64,000 bases of DNA from an uncultured delta proteobacterium (GCA_963776345.1 CAVZMH010000022.1:384001-448000); one strand, 5' to 3'; counted from the first letter of the stretch, positions 50,691 to 62,611 are shown. Numbers and translations are program-made. Notes: a model not told the origin generated them from the sequence alone.

Positions 50691-52739
50691 ATGCGGCAGC
50701 TTGCTCGACTGGTGGTTCTGGGCTGGCTGGGACTGGGCTGCGCGGGCGGGGTGTCACCGGGCACGGGTGACGGAGGGAGCCAGGCCACCGTCCCGGGCGC
50801 GCCCACCGGAGTCACCGCGCAGGCCGGCGACGGCGCCGCCGCCGTGCGCTGGACGGCACCGGCGAGCGACGGCGGGCGGCCCATCTCCGGCTACACGGTC
50901 GCGGTGTCACCGCCCGCCGCGGGGGCCACCGTCCACGTGAACGCCACCACCGCCTCGGTCACCGGCCTGACCAACGGGACGGCGTACCAGTTCACCGTCT
51001 CGGCGACGAACGCCGTCGGCACCGGTCCGGCGAGCCAGCCGTCGGCGCCCGTCACCCCGACGAGCTCGGTCGGCCTGCCGACCGGTCTCGCCTACGCCAC
51101 CAACCCGGCGAGCTACACCGTCGGGGTCGCCATCCCTCCGGACATCCCGAGCAGCAGCGGGGGAGCGCCGTCGAGCTACGCCGTCTCTCCGGCGCTCCCG
51201 ACCGGCTTGGTGCTCGACCCCTTGACCGGGGTCATCTCCGGGACGCCGGGCGCCCCGGTGGCGAGCGCGGCGTACCAGGTCACGGCGAGCAACGGCGCGG
51301 GGAGCGCCTCGGTGTCCCTGACCATCACCGTCTCCGCGGCCCAGTCGATCTTCCCCCTCGCCATCTCGCCCTCGAAGAACTTACTGGTCGACGCGAGCGG
51401 CCGGCCGTTCCTCGTCCAGGGTGACGCCGCCTGGTCGGCCATCGCCCAGCTCAGCGAGGCCGACGCGCTCCTGTACCTCGACGACCGCCAGAGCCGCGGC
51501 TTCAACGCCATCCTGGTCAACCTGGTCGAACACTCGTTCACCTCGCACCGCCCGAACTGGGCGAACGCCGCGGGCAACGTGCCCTTCACCGGCACCGTCC
51601 CCGGACAGTGCCCGAGCACCGGGGGAACGACCGGCTGCAACGACCTGTCGACTCCCAACGACGCCTACTTCCAGCACGTCGACTGGTTCCTCCAGCGCGC
51701 GCGGGAGCGGAACATCCTCGTGCTCCTCGCGCCGGCCTACCTCGGCTACGCCGGGCCGAACGGGACCGACGGCTGGTTCAACGACATGCAGGCCACGGGG
51801 ACGACGGGACTCACCGCCTACGGCCGGTACCTCGGCGCCCGGTACGGCGCCGCGGCGTACCCCAACCTCCTCTGGGTCAACGGGTGCGACTACACGCCAT
51901 CGGGCTCGCAGGTCGCGCTGGTCAACGCCCTGGTCGACGGCATCAAGGCCGGTGGCGGGACGCAGCTCATGACCGCGCACTGGGGCGGCGAGCCGAGCTA
52001 CGGCAGCTACGGTCCGCAGCCCAGGCCGACCTGGATCGACGTCGACACGGTCTACGTCGAGTCCGCGCCCCACAACTATCAGTTCACGCAGCCCGGCTAC
52101 CTTGCGGACCACGGGGTGCGCCCGGTGCTCTTCATCGAGGGCCCTTACGAGGACGAGGCGGTGGTGGCTCCTCCGGCCCCGACCTCGCCGCTCCAGCTTC
52201 GCTCCGACATGTACCAGCCCATCCTCTCCGGAGAGACCGGATTCGTGTTCGGCAACGATCCGATCTGGAATTTCTGGACGGGACCGGACACCAGCCAGAA
52301 CAACTTCTACGACGCATACGCCGGCCAATTCCCCGACTGGAAGTCAGCGCTCCCGAGCAGCGGCGGCCGGGCCGCGACGATCGCCTCGCAGTTCTTCGCT
52401 CCGCTCGACTGGATGCACCTCGTCCCGGACGACCCCAACGGCAACCAGAACCTCCTGACTTCCGGGACCGGAAGCTGGGGGAGTGACCGCTACGTGCTCG
52501 GAGCCAGAACTCCCGACGGGCGCCTGGGCCTCGCCTACTTCACCTTTCTGTCGACCGTGACCGTCGACATGACCCGGATGTCCGGGTCGACGATCGCCGC
52601 CTGGTTCGATCCCTCGAACGCGACGACGACCGCCGTTCCGGGGGGTCCGTTCGCTGCATCCGGGTCGCGGAGCTTCACCCCGCCGGGGGCCAACGGCGAC
52701 GGCTCCTCGGACTGGGTGTTGTTGCTCCAGGCCAACTGA
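50691..52739 (+). CDS. Lipoprotein: FN3 + putative Ig domain + DUF4038 (apiosidase/GH140-like) catalytic domain
   Basis: LGLGC lipobox; VPGAPTGVTA..WTAPASDGG..YQFTVSATNAVGTG; LPTGLVLDPLTGVISGTP; GRPFLVQGDAAW, YLDDRQSRGFN, YFQHVD, EGPYE, WFDP, DWVLLL. Confidence 0.8.
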   Translation: MRQLARLVVLGWLGLGCAGGVSPGTGDGGSQATVPGAPTGVTAQAGDGAAAVRWTAPASDGGRPISGYTVAVSPPAAGATVHVNATTASVTGLTNGTAYQFTVSATNAVGTGPASQPSAPVTPTSSVGLPTGLAYATNPASYTVGVAIPPDIPSSSGGAPSSYAVSPALPTGLVLDPLTGVISGTPGAPVASAAYQVTASNGAGSASVSLTITVSAAQSIFPLAISPSKNLLVDASGRPFLVQGDAAWSAIAQLSEADALLYLDDRQSRGFNAILVNLVEHSFTSHRPNWANAAGNVPFTGTVPGQCPSTGGTTGCNDLSTPNDAYFQHVDWFLQRARERNILVLLAPAYLGYAGPNGTDGWFNDMQATGTTGLTAYGRYLGARYGAAAYPNLLWVNGCDYTPSGSQVALVNALVDGIKAGGGTQLMTAHWGGEPSYGSYGPQPRPTWIDVDTVYVESAPHNYQFTQPGYLADHGVRPVLFIEGPYEDEAVVAPPAPTSPLQLRSDMYQPILSGETGFVFGNDPIWNFWTGPDTSQNNFYDAYAGQFPDWKSALPSSGGRAATIASQFFAPLDWMHLVPDDPNGNQNLLTSGTGSWGSDRYVLGARTPDGRLGLAYFTFLSTVTVDMTRMSGSTIAAWFDPSNATTTAVPGGPFAASGSRSFTPPGANGDGSSDWVLLLQAN

Positions 52740-52967
52740 TCCGCTGCTCCGGGTGACGCCCGCCCTCGCTCCCCCGCTTGACCGCAGGATTTGCACGCCG
52801 GCGGAGGCCTGTCCGTCGCGCCGGACGAGGGGGCGGCCGCATCGATGCAGCGCGGAGGGTGACGCCGACCTGATTCACTTTTTACCCGTTGTTCGTCACC
52901 GGGAATTGCGTCAAGCCTGCGTCTTCGGCAGCCGCACCTGCTGCGGCGGCTCGGGACAGGGGTCGCG

Positions 52968-55900
52968 ATGCGCTTCCATCGCTCTGCGGAACGGCTCGCT
53001 CTGGCCGTCGTCGCCGGCCTGATCGGCCTGGCGAGCACGGGGTGCGGCTCGTCGGGCCCGGAGGGCCCCGGCACGCCGAGCGGGCTGGCGTACTCGGCCA
53101 ACCCGGCGGTGTACGTGAAGGGAACGCCGATCGCCCCCAACACCCCGCATGCCAGCGGTGGGACGATCCGCTCCTTCTCCGTGTCGCCGGCGCTGCCGGC
53201 AGGCTTGAGCCTCGACCCGACCACCGGCGTCATCTCCGGCACGCCCACCGCGGTCGCCCCACAGACCCGCTACACGGTGAAGGCCTCCAACGCGAGCGGG
53301 AGCACCACCGCCACGCTGACCCTCACCGTCAACGACGTTCCGCCCACGGGGCTGGCCTACGCGACCAACCCTGTCGTCTACACCCGGGGGACGGCCATCG
53401 CCCCGAACGCGCCGAGCAGCGGCGGCGGAGCGGTGGTCTCGTACGGCGTCTCCCCGGCCCTCCCCGCCGGGCTCGGGCTCGACCCGTCGACCGGCGTCAT
53501 CAGCGGGACGCCCGCCGCGGTGGCCGCGACCGCGAGCTACACCGTCACCGCCACCAACTCCGGCGGAAGCGCCACCGCGACCCTGACCCTCACCATCGAC
53601 GACGCGGCGCCGGCCAACCTGGCCTACGCGGCCAACCCGGCCGTGTACACCAAGGGGACGGCCATCGCGCCCAACGTCCCCGGGAATGACGGGGGAGTCG
53701 CGACGTCCTACGCCGTGACGCCAGCCCTCCCGGCAGGGTTGAGCCTCGACCCTTCCACCGGCGTCATCAGCGGGACGCCGACCACGGTGACGCCCGCGGC
53801 GACCTACCTGGTCACCGCGAGCAACGTGACCGGCAGCACCACGGTGGTTCTCACCATCACCGTCAACGACGTGGCCCCGAGCAGCCTGGTCTACGGGAGC
53901 AACCCGGCGGTCTACACCAAGGGCGTCGCCGTTTCGCCGAACGTGCCGAGCAGCGGCGGCGGCTGGGTGATCTCGTACTCGATCGCCCCGGCGCTGCCCG
54001 CGGGGCTGAGCCTGAACACGACCACCGGGGTCATCACCGGGACGCCCACCGCCGTCACCGCGACGGCGAGCTACCTGGTGACCGCGAGCAACACCGGGGG
54101 GAGCACCAGCGTCGGCGTGAGCATCACGGTCAACGACGTGGCGCCGACCAACCTCACCTACGCCACCAATCCAGCGGTCTACACCCGGGGCACCTCCATC
54201 ACGCCGAACGCGCCGAGCAACGGGGGAGGGACGGTGATCTCCTACTCGGTTTCTCCGGTGCTCCCTGCGGGCCTGAGCCTGAACACCAGCACCGGGGTGA
54301 TCGGCGGGCTCCCCACGGCCGTGACCGCGGCGGCGAACTACACGGTGACGGCGAGCAACTCCGGCGGGAGCACCACGGTGACCGTGCGCATCACCGTGAA
54401 CGACGTGCCGCCGGGGACGTTCGTCTACGCCACCAACCCCGCGGTGTACACCAAGGGCACGGCCATCACCCCGAACGCGCCCAGCAACGGAGGAGGAACG
54501 GTGACCTCCTACTCCGTCGCCCCGGCGCTCCCGGCTGGCCTGAGCCTCAACACCACCACCGGGGTGATCAGCGGGACTCCCACCGTGGTCACGCCGGCCG
54601 CGAGCTACACGGTGACCGCCGGCAACACCGGCGGAAGCACCACCGCCAGCGTGAGCATCACCGTGAACGACGTAGCGCCGAGCGCGCTGACGTACTCGGT
54701 GAACCCGGCGGTGTACACCAAGGGGACGGCCATCACGGCGAACACGCCGAGCACCGGAGGAGGGACGGTGACCTCCTACTCCGTCGCCCCGGCGCTGCCC
54801 GCTGGGCTGGCCCTGGACACGACCACCGGCAACATCACCGGGACACCGACGGCGGTGACGGCAACCGCGAGCTACACGGTGACGGCGACCAACAGCGGGG
54901 GGAGCACCGCTGCCAGCCTGACCATCACGGTGAACGACGTGGCGCCGAGCGGGCTGACGTACTCGGCGAACCCGGCGGTGTACACCAGGGGGACGGCCAT
55001 CGCGACGAACCTGCCGGGCAACGCCGGCGGGACGGTGACCGCGTACTCGGTCGCTCCGGCGCTGCCGGCGGGGCTGAGCCTGAACACGGCCACCGGGGCC
55101 ATCACCGGGACGCCCACCCTGGTGCTACCCGCGGCGAGCTACACGGTGACGGCGAGCAACAGCGGGGGCAGCACCACCGTTGGCCTGACCATCACCGTGA
55201 ATGACGTGGCGCCGAGCGCGCTGACCTACTCGGTGAATCCGGCGGTGTACACCAAGGGGACGGCCATCGCGCCGAATGGCCCGAGCTCGAGCGGGGGCGC
55301 GGTGATCTCGTACTCGGTCGCTCCGGCGCTGCCCGCGGGGCTGGGCCTGAACACGGCCACCGGGGTCATCACCGGGACGCCCACCGCCGTCACCACGACC
55401 GCGACCTACACCGTGACCGCGAGCAACACCGGGGGGAGCACCAGCGTCGGCGTGAGCATCCGGGTGAACGACGTGGCGCCGAGCGCGCTGACGTACTCGG
55501 TGAACCCGGCGGTGTACACCAAGGGGACCGCCATCGCGCCGAACACGCCGAGCAACGCCGGCGGGGCGGTGACCTCGTACTCGGTCGCCCCGGCGCTGCC
55601 GGCAGGCCTGACCCTGAACACCGGGACCGGCAACATCACCGGGACGCCGACGGCGGTGACGGCGACCGCGAGCTACACGGTGACCGCGAGCAACAGCGGG
55701 GGGAGCACCACCGTCGGCCTGACCATCACGGTGAACGACGTGGCGCCGAGCGCGCTGACCTACTCGGCGAACCCGGCGGTGTACACCAAGGGGACCGCCA
55801 TCGCGACGAACACGCCGAGCAACGGGGGAGGGGCGGTGACCTCGTACTCGGTCGCTCCGGCGCTGCCCGCGGGGCTGGCCCTGAACACCGGGACCGGGAC

Positions 55901-58900
55901 CATCACCGGAACGCCCACGGCCATCACCCCGACCGCGAGCTACACGGTGACCGCGAGCAACAGCGGGGGGAGCACCACCGTCGGCGTGACCATCACGGTG
56001 AACGACGTGGCGCCGAGCGCGCTGACGTACTCGTCGAACCCGGCGGTGTACACCAGGGGGACCGCCATCGCGACGAACACGCCGAGCAACGGGGGAGGGA
56101 CGGTGACCTCGTACTCGGTCGCTCCGGCGCTGCCCGCGGGCCTGGCCCTGAACACCGGGACCGGGGCCATCACCGGGACGCCGACGGCGGTGGCGGCGGC
56201 CGCGAGCTACACGGTGACGGCGACCAACAGTGGGGGGAGCACCACTGTCGGCGTGACCATCACCGTGAACGACGTGGCGCCGAGCGGGCTGACGTACTCG
56301 GCAAACCCGGCGGTCTACACCACGGGGACGGCCATCGCGGCGAACACGCCGAGCAACGGGGGAGGGACGGTGACCTCGTACTCGGTCTCGCCGGCGCTGC
56401 CCGCGGGGCTGGGCCTGAACACGACGACGGGCGTCATCAGCGGGACACCCACCGCCATCACCGCGACCGCGAGCTACACGGTGACCGCGACCAACACCGG
56501 GGGGAGCACCACGGTCGGCGTGACCATCACGGTGAACGACGTGGCGCCGAGCGCGCTGACCTACTCGTCGAACCCGGCGGTGTACACCAAGGGGACGGCC
56601 ATCGCGGCGAACAGCCCGAGCTCGAGCGGGGGCGCCGTGGTCTCGTACTCGGTCTCGCCGGCGCTGCCGGCGGGCCTGGCCCTGAACACGACGACGGGCG
56701 TCATCAGCGGGACGCCCACCGCCATCACCGCGACCGCGACCTACACCGTGACCGCGAGCAACAGCGGGGGGAGCACCACCGTCGGCGTGAGCATCCGGGT
56801 GAACGACGTGGCGCCGAGCGGGCTGACGTACTCGGCGAACCCGGCGGTGTACACCACGGGGACGGCCATCGTGGTCAACACCCCGACCGTGAGCGGTGGC
56901 CCGGTGGTGACCTGGTCCGTCTCCCCGGCGCTCCCGGCGGGCCTGAGCCTCAACACCATCGACCGGCGTCATCAGCGGGACGCCCACTGGCGTCGCCGCG
57001 ACCGCGACGCTACACGGTCACCGCGACCAACACCGGCGGGAGCACCAGCGTCGGCCTGAGCATCACCGTGAACGCGACCCGCAATCGGCTCGGTACGCCT
57101 TCGCGGCCAACTTCGACGACGGCACGCTCACCACCTACGCGGTGGAGGCGGCCACGGGCCTGCTCCGTGTCACCGGTTACGTGACCACGGGCACCAATCC
57201 CAGGTCGGTGGCCGTGAACCCGGCGGGAACGTTCGCCTACGTGGCCAACCTCGGCTCGAACACCGTGTCCGGCTTCACCATCGACACCAGCGGCGACGCT
57301 GACCAGCGTGGGCGCCGTCACCGCGGCCGGGTCGCAGCCCTTCGCGGTCGCCGTCGACCCGTCCGGGAAGTTCGCCTACGTCACCGCGGCCGGCAGCAAC
57401 CAGCTGCTGGCCTACAGCATCAACCAGACCACCGGTGCGCTCACCGCCGTGGGGCCGGCCTCCACCGGCGCCGGGCCGTCGCTGGTGACCGTCCACCCCT
57501 CGGGCAAGTTCGCCTACGTGACCAACAACGGGGAGAACACCGTCTCCGCCTTCGGGATCGACTCAGCCACCGGTGCGCTCAGCGCCGGTGGGCACGGTGC
57601 CGGCCGGGACCGGCCCTTACGCCGTCGCCGTCGACCCCACCGGCCGCTTCGCCTACGTGGCCAACGCGACCTCCGGGGACGTCTCGGTCTACGCCATCGA
57701 CGGGTCCACGGGGGCGCTGACCAGCCTCGGAGGGGCGGTGGCGTCCGGGCCGAGCCCGAGCGCGGTCGCCGTCGATCCCGGCGGCCGATTCGTCTACGTG
57801 ACCAACTTCGGCTCCAACAGCGTCTCGGTGTTCGCGCATCAACGGCACCACCGGAGCCCTGACCAGCGCCGGCTCCGTCACCGCCGCGAACCCGAACGAC
57901 ATCTCGATCGACGCCTCGGGCGCCTTCGCCTACGTGGTCGACCGCTTCACGAACCAGGTCTCGGCGTTCACCATCGACGGGACCACCGGGGCGCTGACCC
58001 AGCTCCACGCCTTCGCCAGCCGGACCGGCCCGGTGTCGATCGCCTTCGCCCGGGGGGCGACCGCGGTGAAGTACGTCCCCAGGTTCGCGTACGTGGCCAA
58101 CATCGGCTCCGGCACGGTGTCCGGCTACTCGGTGAACGCGAGCACCGGGGCGCTGACCAGCCTGGGCACCCCGGCGACCGCCGGGACGCAGCCCATCGCG
58201 GTGGCGCTCGCGCCGTCGGGGAAGTTCGCCTACGTGGTCAACGTCGGCTCGAACAACGTGTCCATCTTCTCGGTCGACGGGACGACCGGGACGCTGACTG
58301 CCGTCGGGTCCCCCGTCGCTGCGGGGACCCAGGCCGCGTCCATCGCCATCGACCCTTCCGGTCGATTCGCCTACGTGGCCAACGCGGGTGGGAACAACGT
58401 GTCCGGGTTCAGCATCGACCCGGGTAGCGGCGCGCTGACCAGCCTGGGGTCGGCGGTCGGCGTCGGGTCGCAGCCCGTCTCCGTGGTGTTCGATCCCACG
58501 GGCAGGTTCCTCTACGTGGCCAACGCGGTCTCCAATGACGTCTCGGCGTTCTCCATCGACCGGACCACCGGGGCGCTGACCAGCCTCGGGACGGCGGTGG
58601 CCGCGGGGACTGGCCCCACGGGGATCACGGTCGATCCGTCCGGGAGCTTTGCCTACGTGAGCAACTCCGGCGGCACGGTCTCGGTCTACCTGGTCAGCAG
58701 CACCAGCGGGGCGCTGACCGCCGTGGGGTCCCCGGTCGCCGCGGGGACGAACCCCAACGCGGTGGCCGTGGACCCATGGGGTGGGTACGCCTACGTGGCG
58801 AACGGAGCTTCCAGGGACGTCTCCGGCTACTCGATCAGCTCCACCAACGGCGCGCTGACCAGCCTCGGAGCCACGGTGGCGGCGAGCGTCAACGCGTACG

Positions 58901-59070
58901 CGATCGTGGTCGACCCGTCGGGGGCGTTCGTCTACGTGGTGAACGACGGATCCGGGGACATCTCGGGCTACTCCGTCAACGGCGCCACCGGGGCGCTGAC
59001 CAGCCTGGGGGCGACCACGGCCGCGGGGGTGAACCCCCGGTCGATCGCCATCCAGGGGACGATCCAGTAG
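52968..59070 (+). CDS. Giant surface lipoprotein/adhesin: 15 putative Ig repeats + two 7-bladed lactonase-like beta-propellers (several frameshifts 56958-57840)
   Basis: Lipobox-like ASTGC; repeats with ALPAGLSL..TGVISGTP; then DPSGxFAYVxN blades continuing across ORFs 57142, 57308, 57573 and 57934. Confidence 0.82.
53080..57075 (+). repeat. 15 tandem 267-bp coding repeats (89-aa Ig-like)
   Basis: The Tyr codon of YxxNP is at 53091 in the first unit and 56829 in the last (14 x 267). Confidence 0.92.
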
Positions 59071-59278
59071 CGACCCCGGGTCAGGGGAACGAGGTGAACA
59101 GGTCGCTCAGGTCGGTGGCCTGCGCGGCGTCGCAGAGGAAGGGCCGCACCCCGGAGATCTCCTGGAGGCAAACCGGAGAAAGCGACCTCGCCAGCGCGAC
59201 GATCCGGCATGCTCCCCGGTCCGTGACCGTGCGCCGGAGCCTGGCGCGCGATCGCTCCGCCCGGGGAGATGAGACCGA

Positions 59279-60622
59279 ATGACCACGACGAGAGCTGTTC
59301 CCGCAGCCCGTGCCCTGCTGGCCCTTCTGTTGCTCGCAGGTTCGGCAAGGGCGCAGCACGCTCCGCCGCCGGCGGCTCCGCACTTCACCGCCGTCCGCGC
59401 CGGGCGGCTGATCGACCCTTCGACCGGTAGCGTCGCGACGGAGCAGATCATCCTGATCAAGGACAAGAAGTTCGAGGCGATCGGACCGAAGGTCGCCATC
59501 CCGCCCGGGTCCGAGGTGATCGACCTGTCCGGCCTGACCGTCCTGCCGGGGCTGGTCGATACCCACAACCACCTGGCCATCACCTACAAGGTCGATCCCG
59601 AGCGCAACAACTACTACGTCACGGTCATCACCGACAGCACGCCGTTACGGGCGATCCAGGCGGCCTCGAACGGCATCCAGATGCTCGCCTCGGGATTCAC
59701 CATCGTCCGGGACATGGGGAACAACGGGAACTACGCGGACACGGCGCTCCGGCAGGCGATCGAGGAGGGCTGGCTCCCCGGTCCCCAGATCGTCAACGCG
59801 GGGATCATCATCGGGGGAATGGGCGGACAGTTCTGGCCCACGCCCGAGATGGGCATCGACAAGCACGTCGTGTACCCCGAGTACATCGACGCGGACACGC
59901 CCGACGAGATCGTGAAGGCGGTCCGGCAGAACATGCTGTACGGGGCCAAGGTCATCAAGATCTGCGCCGACTGCAAGCCCTGGGGCTACTCGGTCGACGA
60001 GGTGAAGCTGGTGGTCGCCGAGGCGGCGAAGGGCGGGCTCAAGGTCGAGGCCCACGCCCAGACCGTCGAGGGTGCCCGTCGCGCCATCGAGGGAGGGGTC
60101 TGGTCGATCGCCCATGACCTCGGGCTCGACGACGCGAACCACAAGCTGATGGCGAAGAAGGGGACGTTCCGCGCCGGCACCGAGACGCCGCTGTCGCTCA
60201 CCGACCACCAGACCGAGGCCGGCTTCAAGCGCGACGTCGCCAGCCTGCGAAACGCCTGGGAGAACAAGGTCAACATCACCTACTCGACCGACGCCGACTA
60301 CTACGTCCCGGGAAAGACGCGCGGCGAGGTGGCGATCGAGTTCATCGAGACCTGGAAGGCCGCCGGCATCCCCGCGCGCGACATCCTCAGGGCGATGACC
60401 ACCACTGGCTACCGGTGCGCGCAGACCGAGAGCACCCGTGGGCCGATCAAGCCCGGCCTGGCCGCCGACCTCATCGCCGTGCCGGGCAATCCGCTGGAGA
60501 CCATCGACGCCCTCCGCGACGTGCAGCTGGTGATGAAGGACGGGGTGGTCTTCAAGCAGAAGGGGGTGATGACCCCGGGGCCGTTCTTCCACGGCGGGCC
60601 GGTCAACGGGCTGGTCCGGTGA
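59279..60622 (+). CDS. Exported amidohydrolase-family protein
   Basis: Signal peptide; LPGLVDTHNH, GFTIVRDMG, VIKI, EAHA, SIAH, STDA, ADLIAV.GNPL. Confidence 0.9.
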   Translation: MTTTRAVPAARALLALLLLAGSARAQHAPPPAAPHFTAVRAGRLIDPSTGSVATEQIILIKDKKFEAIGPKVAIPPGSEVIDLSGLTVLPGLVDTHNHLAITYKVDPERNNYYVTVITDSTPLRAIQAASNGIQMLASGFTIVRDMGNNGNYADTALRQAIEEGWLPGPQIVNAGIIIGGMGGQFWPTPEMGIDKHVVYPEYIDADTPDEIVKAVRQNMLYGAKVIKICADCKPWGYSVDEVKLVVAEAAKGGLKVEAHAQTVEGARRAIEGGVWSIAHDLGLDDANHKLMAKKGTFRAGTETPLSLTDHQTEAGFKRDVASLRNAWENKVNITYSTDADYYVPGKTRGEVAIEFIETWKAAGIPARDILRAMTTTGYRCAQTESTRGPIKPGLAADLIAVPGNPLETIDALRDVQLVMKDGVVFKQKGVMTPGPFFHGGPVNGLVR

Positions 60623-60819
60623 ACGGCCGGCCGGGGCGGCGCTCTACTCGTCGCCCTCGTCGTTGGCCAGGATGCCCGCGGCGAACCAGCGTCCCTGCGG
60701 ATTGTGGATCAGCAGCACCGGCGTGGTGCAGGGGTTCGGAGGCGGGGGGCTCAGCGTGTCATCGATGCGGAAATCGCCGCTGGACGCGAGCAGCACCTCG
60801 GTTGCGCGGTCGAGTCCCC

Positions 60820-60945
60820 GGTGGTCGGGATCGGGCTCTTCATCTCCTCGCTGAGCTGCACCCAGCAACAGGCAATTCTCGGCGTGGTCCTCTTCGTGAC
60901 GCCCGCGACGATGCTCTCGGGGTTCGCGACATCAATCCCTCCGCT
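60820..60945 (+). pseudogene. ABC-2 permease (YbhR-like) fragment
   Basis: VVGIGLFISSLSCTQQQAILGVVLFVTPATMLSGFAT, with no flanking gene. Confidence 0.6.
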
Positions 60946-61037
60946 GGCGCGGGCGATGCACCCCTCACGCGCAGGCCTCTCTGGAGAGGCTAATGGAGGC
61001 GCAAGCTTTGCGCGCGCGCCCCTCGAAGGAGTGTTCC

Positions 61038-61460
61038 ATGGCACCGGCAATGAAGGTCGAGAGCCTGATGTCGACCGCGCTCGTCACGCTCCGGGAGACG
61101 GACCTGGTCGCCAGGGCGGACATGGAGATGAAGCTGGGCTCGCTGCGTCACGTCCCGGTCGTCGACGAGAAGCAGAACCTCGTCGGCATCCTGTCCGCAC
61201 GGGATGTGCTCGAGGCGCTGGCGAGGGGCAAGAAGCAGGTGCGCGTTGGGGAGTCCATGACCCGCCACGTCGTCACGGTCACGCCCGACACCCCGGTTCA
61301 CACCGCGATCGACCTGCTGCTCGAGAACGGGTTCGGCTCCCTCCCCGTCATCGGAAGCGACGGGCATCTGATGGGGATCGTGACCGAGACGGACTTCCTC
61401 CGGGCCTCCCGCATGGCGTTGCCGATCGACGCCTCGGCCCCCGGGGGAGACTGGAGATGA
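61038..61460 (+). CDS. CBS-pair protein
   Basis: AAGGAG RBS; LRHVPVVD..LVGILSARD, GSLPV..MGIVTETDFL. Confidence 0.9.
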   Translation: MAPAMKVESLMSTALVTLRETDLVARADMEMKLGSLRHVPVVDEKQNLVGILSARDVLEALARGKKQVRVGESMTRHVVTVTPDTPVHTAIDLLLENGFGSLPVIGSDGHLMGIVTETDFLRASRMALPIDASAPGGDWR

Positions 61461-62611
61461 CGGGCGAGTTCGCGCGGCCCGGCGCCACCGGAGCGGAGAG
61501 GCCGGGACGACGCTGGTCCTGGAAGATCGGCCGGCTCTTCGGCATCGACATCTTCGTTCACGCCACCTTCCTCCTGCTGCTTCTCTGGGTCGGGCTCACC
61601 CATCTCTTGCAGGGGGGAGTCCGCGCGGCGCTGGACGGTCTCGGCCTCATCCTGGCCGTGTTCGCCACCGTCGTGCTCCACGAGCTCAGCCACGCGCTGA
61701 CCGCGCGCCGGTTCGGGATCCGGACGCGAGACATCATCCTCCTGCCCATCGGTGGGGTCTCGAGCCTGGAGCGAATGCCCGAGAAGCCGGGTCAGGAGCT
61801 GCTGGTCGCGCTCGCCGGTCCGTTCACGAATCTGGTGGTCGCTCTTGCCCTCTTCGGCATCGTCCGCGCCACCGGCGGCCCGCTGGGCCTCGAGAGCCTG
61901 CAGGTGGTCGGTGGCCTGTTCCTCACCAAGCTGATGTGGATCAACGTCTCGCTGGCCGCCTTCAATCTTCTCCCGGCCTTTCCGATGGACGGCGGACGGG
62001 TCCTCCGAGCGGCCCTTGCGCTCAGGATGAGCCACGCCCGCGCGACGGAGGTGGCCGCCCGTCTCGGTCAGGCCATGGCGCTGGTGCTCGGAATGCTGGG
62101 ACTGTTCTTCAATCCAATACTCGTCCTGATCGCGCTCTTCGTCTGGATGGGCGGGCGGCAGGAGTCCTCGCTCGCCCAGCTGAGGGCGGCCCTCGCCGGT
62201 CTGCCCATCCGGAGCGCGATGATCACCGACTTCAGGGCCATCGGACGCCGGGAGCCTCTCTCCAGGGCCGTGGAGCTGACCCTCGCCGGCTTCCAGCACG
62301 ATTTCCCCGTGGTGGAGGACCATCGAGCGGTCGGAGTCCTGACTCGCGCCGATCTGGTTCGTGGCCTCTCCCAGGCCGGCAACGGCGCTCCGGTCGAGGA
62401 CTGGATGCACCGTGACTTCGGAACGGCCGAGCCCGGCGAGATGCTCGAGGCCGCGCTGAGCAGGTTCGGGGAGCACGAGCCCTCGACCATCGTCGTGGCG
62501 AGGGACGACGAGGTGCTCGGCATCATCACGCCGGAGAACATCAGCGAGCTGGTGCTCTTCGAGACCGCGGCCCGTCCGGATCGACGGGCGTCACCGGGGC
62601 CGGTCCACTGA
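61457..62611 (+). CDS. Site-2 protease (M50) with CBS domains
   Basis: HELSH, LLPIGG, AGP, FNLLPAFPMDGGR; C-terminal CBS pair. Confidence 0.93.
   Translation: MTGEFARPGATGAERPGRRWSWKIGRLFGIDIFVHATFLLLLLWVGLTHLLQGGVRAALDGLGLILAVFATVVLHELSHALTARRFGIRTRDIILLPIGGVSSLERMPEKPGQELLVALAGPFTNLVVALALFGIVRATGGPLGLESLQVVGGLFLTKLMWINVSLAAFNLLPAFPMDGGRVLRAALALRMSHARATEVAARLGQAMALVLGMLGLFFNPILVLIALFVWMGGRQESSLAQLRAALAGLPIRSAMITDFRAIGRREPLSRAVELTLAGFQHDFPVVEDHRAVGVLTRADLVRGLSQAGNGAPVEDWMHRDFGTAEPGEMLEAALSRFGEHEPSTIVVARDDEVLGIITPENISELVLFETAARPDRRASPGPVH

Noticed and set aside
53080..57075. CRISPR array or mobile repeat
   Set aside because: The repeats are in-frame 267-bp coding units varying mostly at synonymous sites; no spacers and no cas genes.
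59242..59257. Sigma54 promoter upstream of the amidohydrolase
   Set aside because: GG to GC spacing is one base short of the required GG-N10-GC.
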